Source: an uncultured candidate division Zixibacteria bacterium (lineage in GTDB: Bacteria > Zixibacteria > MSB-5A5 > UBA10806). From it: 64,000 bases of DNA. Below are positions 59,461 through 64,000 of this stretch, piece by piece; within the stretch, counting starts at the first letter, position 1, and each line of letters opens with the position of its first letter. The DNA lies in assembly GCA_963817915.1 (NCBI GenBank), contig CAWFQL010000017.1, positions 320,001 to 384,000 of the forward strand. The letters run 5' to 3'. Both the position numbers and the translations under genes were made by a program. The notes under the pieces were generated by a model. It ran no database searches and was not told the DNA's origin. It saw nothing but the letters and a program-made list of their open reading frames with translations.

Positions 59461-60630
59461 ATGATTTTCGAGTATGATTTTAACGATGGTATCCGATCCA
59501 AGATGAAAGTCGTCGGTATCGGAGGCGCAGGCGGCAATGCCATCAATCGAATGGTTTCATCGGGGTATTCCGGAGTTGAATTTATTGCTATCAACACCGA
59601 TGCCCAGGCGCTGGAAACTTCGATGGCCGATGTAAAAATCCAGATCGGAAGGAAGCTTACTCGCGGACTAGGCGCCGGAGCCGATCCCGATGTCGGCCGC
59701 AAGGCATTCGAGGAAGACGCAGAGCCTATTCGCGAAGCCCTGGAAGGAGCCAATATCGTTTTCATAACATGCGGTATGGGAGGCGGCACCGGAACCGGCG
59801 CGTCACCTTGTGTTGCTCGCATGGCGAAGGAGATGGGCGCACTCACGGTTTCCATCGTGACAAAGCCATTTTTATTCGAAGGTCATACCAGGATCGGCCA
59901 GGCGGAAAACGGCATTCGCAATATAAAGGATTTCGTTGATACGCTTATCACTATTCCAAATCAGCGCTTGCTTTCCCTTGTCGATAAAAACACTCGTTTG
60001 ACTGAATCGTTCTTGAAAGCCGATGAAGTGCTTCTTTCGGCTACAAAAGGTATTTCAGATTTAATAACTGTCCCTGGACTCGTAAACCTTGATTTCGCCG
60101 ATATCAGGACGATCATGTTTAACGCAGGCGATGCCCTGATGGGCAGAGGCGTGGGCTCCGGCGAAAATCGCGGCGAAATCGCGGCTCGCATGGCTCTTCA
60201 TTCTCCGCTTCTAGATGATTTGACAATCGAAGGCGCCAAAGGCGTCCTGGTCAATATTACCGGCGGAAATGATATGACCCTGAATGATGTAAGCGAGGCA
60301 ACCGAGACAGTCTATGAAGCCGCTGGCAGCGAGGCCAACATAATCTTCGGCGCGGTAATCGATGAGACCTTGAATGACAATATTTATGTCACTGTTATCG
60401 CAACCGGATTTAGCAGACCATCGGATGCCGGCGAAATGGCGGTCGAAGTCGATCTATTTGGTCGGAAATCGAATCGGACCCCGGCAAGATTTAAAAAGCC
60501 GAGTTCAAAACGGCCGATACTCGATAAAGTAATATCACCGGATTATGTGCCCGAGGATTTCAAAATCCCAACATTCATGAGAAATAAGGCCGATGGGATT
60601 TTCAGTTCAGTTAGCGAGGAAGTTTCTTAA
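59461..60630 (+). CDS. ftsZ: Cell division protein FtsZ
   Basis: [29 protein letters not shown] and C-terminal peptide IPTFMR. Confidence 0.98.
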   Translation: MIFEYDFNDGIRSKMKVVGIGGAGGNAINRMVSSGYSGVEFIAINTDAQALETSMADVKIQIGRKLTRGLGAGADPDVGRKAFEEDAEPIREALEGANIVFITCGMGGGTGTGASPCVARMAKEMGALTVSIVTKPFLFEGHTRIGQAENGIRNIKDFVDTLITIPNQRLLSLVDKNTRLTESFLKADEVLLSATKGISDLITVPGLVNLDFADIRTIMFNAGDALMGRGVGSGENRGEIAARMALHSPLLDDLTIEGAKGVLVNITGGNDMTLNDVSEATETVYEAAGSEANIIFGAVIDETLNDNIYVTVIATGFSRPSDAGEMAVEVDLFGRKSNRTPARFKKPSSKRPILDKVISPDYVPEDFKIPTFMRNKADGIFSSVSEEVS

Positions 60631-60655
60631 CTATAATTCAATTTATAGGTAAATT

Positions 60656-60690
60656 AAATAGGGGCGTCATTTGACGCCCCTTTCTATTTT
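60656..60690. terminator. Bidirectional intrinsic terminator between ftsZ and mltG
   Basis: GGGGCGTC-ATTT-GACGCCCC flanked by A-rich and T-rich tracts. Confidence 0.85.
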
Positions 60691-60714
60691 GGCCAATTAA
60701 TAATCGCTGATGTT

Positions 60715-61722
60715 TTATCCGGTTCGTCCAAGCCGCCGGATAAGACGAATCGCCGCCAGATGCTCCGCGTAGTTGTACGAAAATATATGGCTGCCATCTC
60801 CCTTTGCGACAAAGAATAAATATCCTGAATTGGCGGGATTTACCGCTGCTCTCAATGATGCCACCCCCGGATTTGAAATGGGTCCTGGCGGCAGGCCGTA
60901 GTTGAGATAGGTATTATAAGGTGATTGATAGCTGAGATCGTTATGCCCCAGCCTTCTATCTATTCCTCCCAGGGCGTAAATTACCGTGGGATCGCACTCC
61001 AGCCGCATCCCTTTTCGAAGCCGATTCAAATATACGGAGGCAATTATGGGCCGTTCGGAATCGAGCATGGCCTCCTTTTCGACAATAGATGCCAGGGCGA
61101 CCGCTTCCTGCATTGTTAAACCCAGTTGGTTGGCCTTATCTTCAAATGAATCGGGCAGTGTCTCGAAAAAATGAGAAACCATCTTCTTGACGACATGCCC
61201 GGGATCTTCATTATAGTAGAGATTGTATGTACTTGGAGCCAGGTAACCCTCCAGATCGTCCGCTTCGATATCCAACGAATCAATCAATTTACGATCCAGG
61301 ACCATTTCCCGAAAACTATCAATATCTATATCAATTGCCGAACTCAGCAGACGGCCAATTTGCGCAATCGTATATCCTTCGGGGATCAGAACATTAAAAG
61401 GTACTTGTTCGCCTCTCACGATCATTTTTATAATCGATGCTATCGAATTGCTCGGCTTTATCGAAAATCGCCCAACCTTAATATGCTTATCATATCCGAA
61501 TATTCTCGAAAAAAAGACAAAATTGCTTTTGGAAGAGATCGCCCCCAAATCATAAAGCTTATCAGCGGCGTCATGAACTGTTTCGCCCTTTTTTATAAGA
61601 ACAAATCCAGCCTTTTTAAATAATGCCCTGGGATGAGGTATGAAATATGCATAGACAAAAAATGCTCCTACAGCCAGGAGAATTATAATAAGTGTGCGAA
61701 ATACGGCTTTAATGCTATCCAT
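60715..61722 (-). CDS. mltG: Endolytic transglycosylase MltG
   Basis: N-terminal TM, IPEG, LEGYL.P.TY, ASIVEKEA, DPTV.Y and SPYNTY...GLPPGPI.NPG. Confidence 0.95.
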   Translation of the reverse strand: MDSIKAVFRTLIIILLAVGAFFVYAYFIPHPRALFKKAGFVLIKKGETVHDAADKLYDLGAISSKSNFVFFSRIFGYDKHIKVGRFSIKPSNSIASIIKMIVRGEQVPFNVLIPEGYTIAQIGRLLSSAIDIDIDSFREMVLDRKLIDSLDIEADDLEGYLAPSTYNLYYNEDPGHVVKKMVSHFFETLPDSFEDKANQLGLTMQEAVALASIVEKEAMLDSERPIIASVYLNRLRKGMRLECDPTVIYALGGIDRRLGHNDLSYQSPYNTYLNYGLPPGPISNPGVASLRAAVNPANSGYLFFVAKGDGSHIFSYNYAEHLAAIRLIRRLGRTG

Positions 61723-61726
61723 ATAA

Positions 61727-62143
61727 TTATATATCGGATTTTGAGTCGAAATATTCCTGCAAAATCAAAATCGCTGACATCATATCTATTTTATCTTTTG
61801 ATTTATTGAATTTCCCTTTGCCCCTGTGAATTTCTCTGATAGCGCTATCTGTCGTAAGCGTCTCATCGGTCAGAGCGACTTTAATTCCCAGTTCATTCTG
61901 AATCGCTAATGATAAATTCCTTGATTTGATTGCCGCGTCGCCTTCGCTTCCATCCATATTTAGTGGAAGACCGATAACGATTTTATCGATCTCTTCAGTC
62001 TTCACGATCGCTTTTAGCCGTTCGATGAAGTCCTTTTTCCCTTTATACGCTATAGTATCGAAACCGGTTGCCATTTTATGAACTGAATCGCCAATCGCCA
62101 GGCCCGCACGCTTGGTCCCCAAATCAATTCCCAGAATTTTAAT
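61727..62143 (-). CDS. ruvX: Pre-16S rRNA nuclease / Holliday junction resolvase-like RuvX (YqgF), start codon uncertain
   Basis: The frame reads (I)KILGIDLGTKRAGLAIGD...IGLPLNMDG...DETLTT...IDMMSA.LILQ. The catalytic GID motif lies upstream of the TTG called by the ORF track. Confidence 0.88.
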   Translation of the reverse strand: MKILGIDLGTKRAGLAIGDSVHKMATGFDTIAYKGKKDFIERLKAIVKTEEIDKIVIGLPLNMDGSEGDAAIKSRNLSLAIQNELGIKVALTDETLTTDSAIREIHRGKGKFNKSKDKIDMMSAILILQEYFDSKSDI

Positions 62144-62155
62144 CGACTTATTCGC

Positions 62156-62710
62156 TCATTGCCTGTTTGGCATCTTGCCTGTACGCAAATACTTTCTGAT
62201 ATCGGCGATAGCTTCGATATGTGCCTGAAATGCTATATTGGGCGGTGTCATATCCAGCTCGAAATATTTGACTTCATCGGCATCGTCGCCTGGCGCCATC
62301 GTGCCACCAATAATATTTGCCAGGTAGAGCGCCAGCACCGCGTGTGAACGAGGGTCATCGTGCCCGGCATATACCCAGAAGAGTTTGTCAATTTTTATGT
62401 CGAGACCTGTTTCTTCCTTTAATTCGCGAATACAGCACCGCGCGGGCGATTCGTCATATTCCATAAAACCGGCGGGGAGACTCCAATCGCCGACTCTCGG
62501 CGGATATTTTCTCTTAACCAAAAGTATTTTATGATCCTGAATCAGAATAGCCCCGGCGGCGGGTATCGGATTTTTATACCAGATAAAATTGCAGGAGGGG
62601 CATCGGAGACGCGCCCTCCCGTCCAATTTCTTTTCAACTAATGACGCCGAACACCAGGGACAAAATTTGTAGTCCCTCCCGACAACAAGCTCATGTTCCT
62701 GAGAAGGCAT
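62156..62710 (-). CDS. NUDIX hydrolase with N-terminal zinc ribbon
   Basis: FCPWC and CPSC, Nudix box AGFMEYDESPARCCIRELKEETGL. Confidence 0.9.
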   Translation of the reverse strand: MPSQEHELVVGRDYKFCPWCSASLVEKKLDGRARLRCPSCNFIWYKNPIPAAGAILIQDHKILLVKRKYPPRVGDWSLPAGFMEYDESPARCCIRELKEETGLDIKIDKLFWVYAGHDDPRSHAVLALYLANIIGGTMAPGDDADEVKYFELDMTPPNIAFQAHIEAIADIRKYLRTGKMPNRQ

Positions 62711-63999
62711 TATTCTACCCTGGGCTCCTCAAGATTGATATAATCTACTTTTCCGAAATCGCTCAAATTGCCAACCTTGGATGTATCCGACAAAACCATA
62801 ATAGTCATTTTATCCGGTTGCAGATACTTTTCGGCGATAGATTTAATATCGTTGATTGTGACCGCCTTGACATTATCGAGATATTTCTGATAATAGTCTT
62901 TAGGATAGCCATTGTATTCCAGCATCATAAGGCTATTGACAATCTTATCCGGAGAATCGAACTGGAAAACAAAATTATTCAAATAAGCATCCCGCGCTGT
63001 TTCAAATTCGGCCTGGCTTGGAAGCTCTTTGCGAATTTTATTTATCTCTTGAGTGAATAATTCGAGAGCTCTATGAGTCGAGGCTATCTTGGTCTGAGTA
63101 TAGGCATAGAACAGGCCAAAATCCCTGCTGCTTGTCGAAAAACTTGATCCTACCGAATACGCCAACCCTTCGTCCGATCTTATTCGCGATGTCAGTCTCG
63201 ATGTGAAGCTGCCGCCGCCCAGAATATAGTTCATCAATGAAATCGCGTATCTGTCGGGATTGTCGCGCTTTACCCCCAATTGACCAATATAAATATTTGA
63301 CTGAGTCACCTGCTTATTAATCAGATAGACTCCCGGCTTGAATGAATAATCTACCGGCGGAATATTTGGAAGCTTTTGATCTGATTTGGCCCAATCACCG
63401 AAAAGACTTTTCAGTTTTTTAACCAGTTTATCAGAATTGAAATCGCCTGAAAATGCTATCATGATATTGTTGGGATAATAGTATTTGTCATGATAGGCTA
63501 TCAAATCATCTCTCTTGATATCCTTAACATATTTCCAATCCACCATCCGTCCATAAGGATGATCGCCGTAGAGCAGATGGCTGAATTCGCGCGAAATAAC
63601 CGAACCCGGCTGATCATTCCGACGACGAATAGATTCCCTGATCTGGGATTTGGCCAGATTTATCTTCGATGTATCAAACGATGGATAGCGAAGCACCTCT
63701 TCCAAAATCTTGAGTCCGATATCGAGGTCTTTCGACATCACAGACATCGATGCCGATCCTGATTCCGACCCGATACCGCTTTCGACCGATGCCGCCAGAA
63801 ATTCCAATAGCGAATTCAATGAATCGGGCGTGAATGATTTCGTGCCGCCGGTTCGCATAACCGACCCGGTTATGCCGCCGATTGCCATCTCATTGATGGG
63901 ATCATACGACGAACCGGTCCTTATCACGACCGACGCGCTGATTAACGGCAGTTCATGGTTTTCCATTAAAAATAGAATCATCCCGTTATCGAGCGTAAT
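62710..63999 (-). CDS. M16B family peptidase, non-catalytic subunit (5' end lies outside the window)
   Basis: The frame is open to the window edge (ITLDNGMILF...). No HXXEH motif (GITGSVMRTGG instead). Retains ILGGG.F.SRL...RSDEGLAY with the R/Y pair. Confidence 0.85.
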   Translation of the reverse strand: MTLDNGMILFLMENHELPLISASVVIRTGSSYDPINEMAIGGITGSVMRTGGTKSFTPDSLNSLLEFLAASVESGIGSESGSASMSVMSKDLDIGLKILEEVLRYPSFDTSKINLAKSQIRESIRRRNDQPGSVISREFSHLLYGDHPYGRMVDWKYVKDIKRDDLIAYHDKYYYPNNIMIAFSGDFNSDKLVKKLKSLFGDWAKSDQKLPNIPPVDYSFKPGVYLINKQVTQSNIYIGQLGVKRDNPDRYAISLMNYILGGGSFTSRLTSRIRSDEGLAYSVGSSFSTSSRDFGLFYAYTQTKIASTHRALELFTQEINKIRKELPSQAEFETARDAYLNNFVFQFDSPDKIVNSLMMLEYNGYPKDYYQKYLDNVKAVTINDIKSIAEKYLQPDKMTIMVLSDTSKVGNLSDFGKVDYINLEEPRVE

Positions 64000-64000
64000 T

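Overview
Bacterial chromosomal window of about 50 densely packed genes, mostly on the + strand. I found no rRNA, tRNA, CRISPR array or mobile element. The gene content (Bat operon, Lnt, TolC, PorZ-like protein, PNPFNP/FlgD-Ig C-terminal domains, bacillithiol genes) suggests a diderm FCB-group organism, probably outside classical Bacteroidota (Zixibacteria/KSB1-like; inference only). Gene order: batB-C-D-E, UPF0104 membrane protein, nth, Cys-less peroxiredoxin-fold protein, TolC/MFP/RND pump, bshC-bshA-bshB1, a minus-strand DUF362 + polyferredoxin pair, valS, DUF4139, TPR lipoprotein and priA. Next comes an operon HD-purM-gpmI-lnt-porZ-like-GNAT/FemAB-CE4 deacetylase-GT4-GT2, a GT2-GT4-GT-C unit, and a sigma54-preceded gingipain-like C25 protease. 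The window ends with the dcw cluster (mraZ to ftsZ, lacking murB and ddl) and a convergent M16-NUDIX-ruvX-mltG operon. The best candidate for a new system is the porZ-like gene directly followed by genes with the domain order of Porphyromonas vimA-vimE-vimF. This suggests a T9SS-cargo glycan-anchoring pathway clustered with a C25 cargo protease. Four genes (batE, bshC, a GT4, murD) carry single-base frameshifts that are probably sequencing errors, and ruvX has no canonical start codon.
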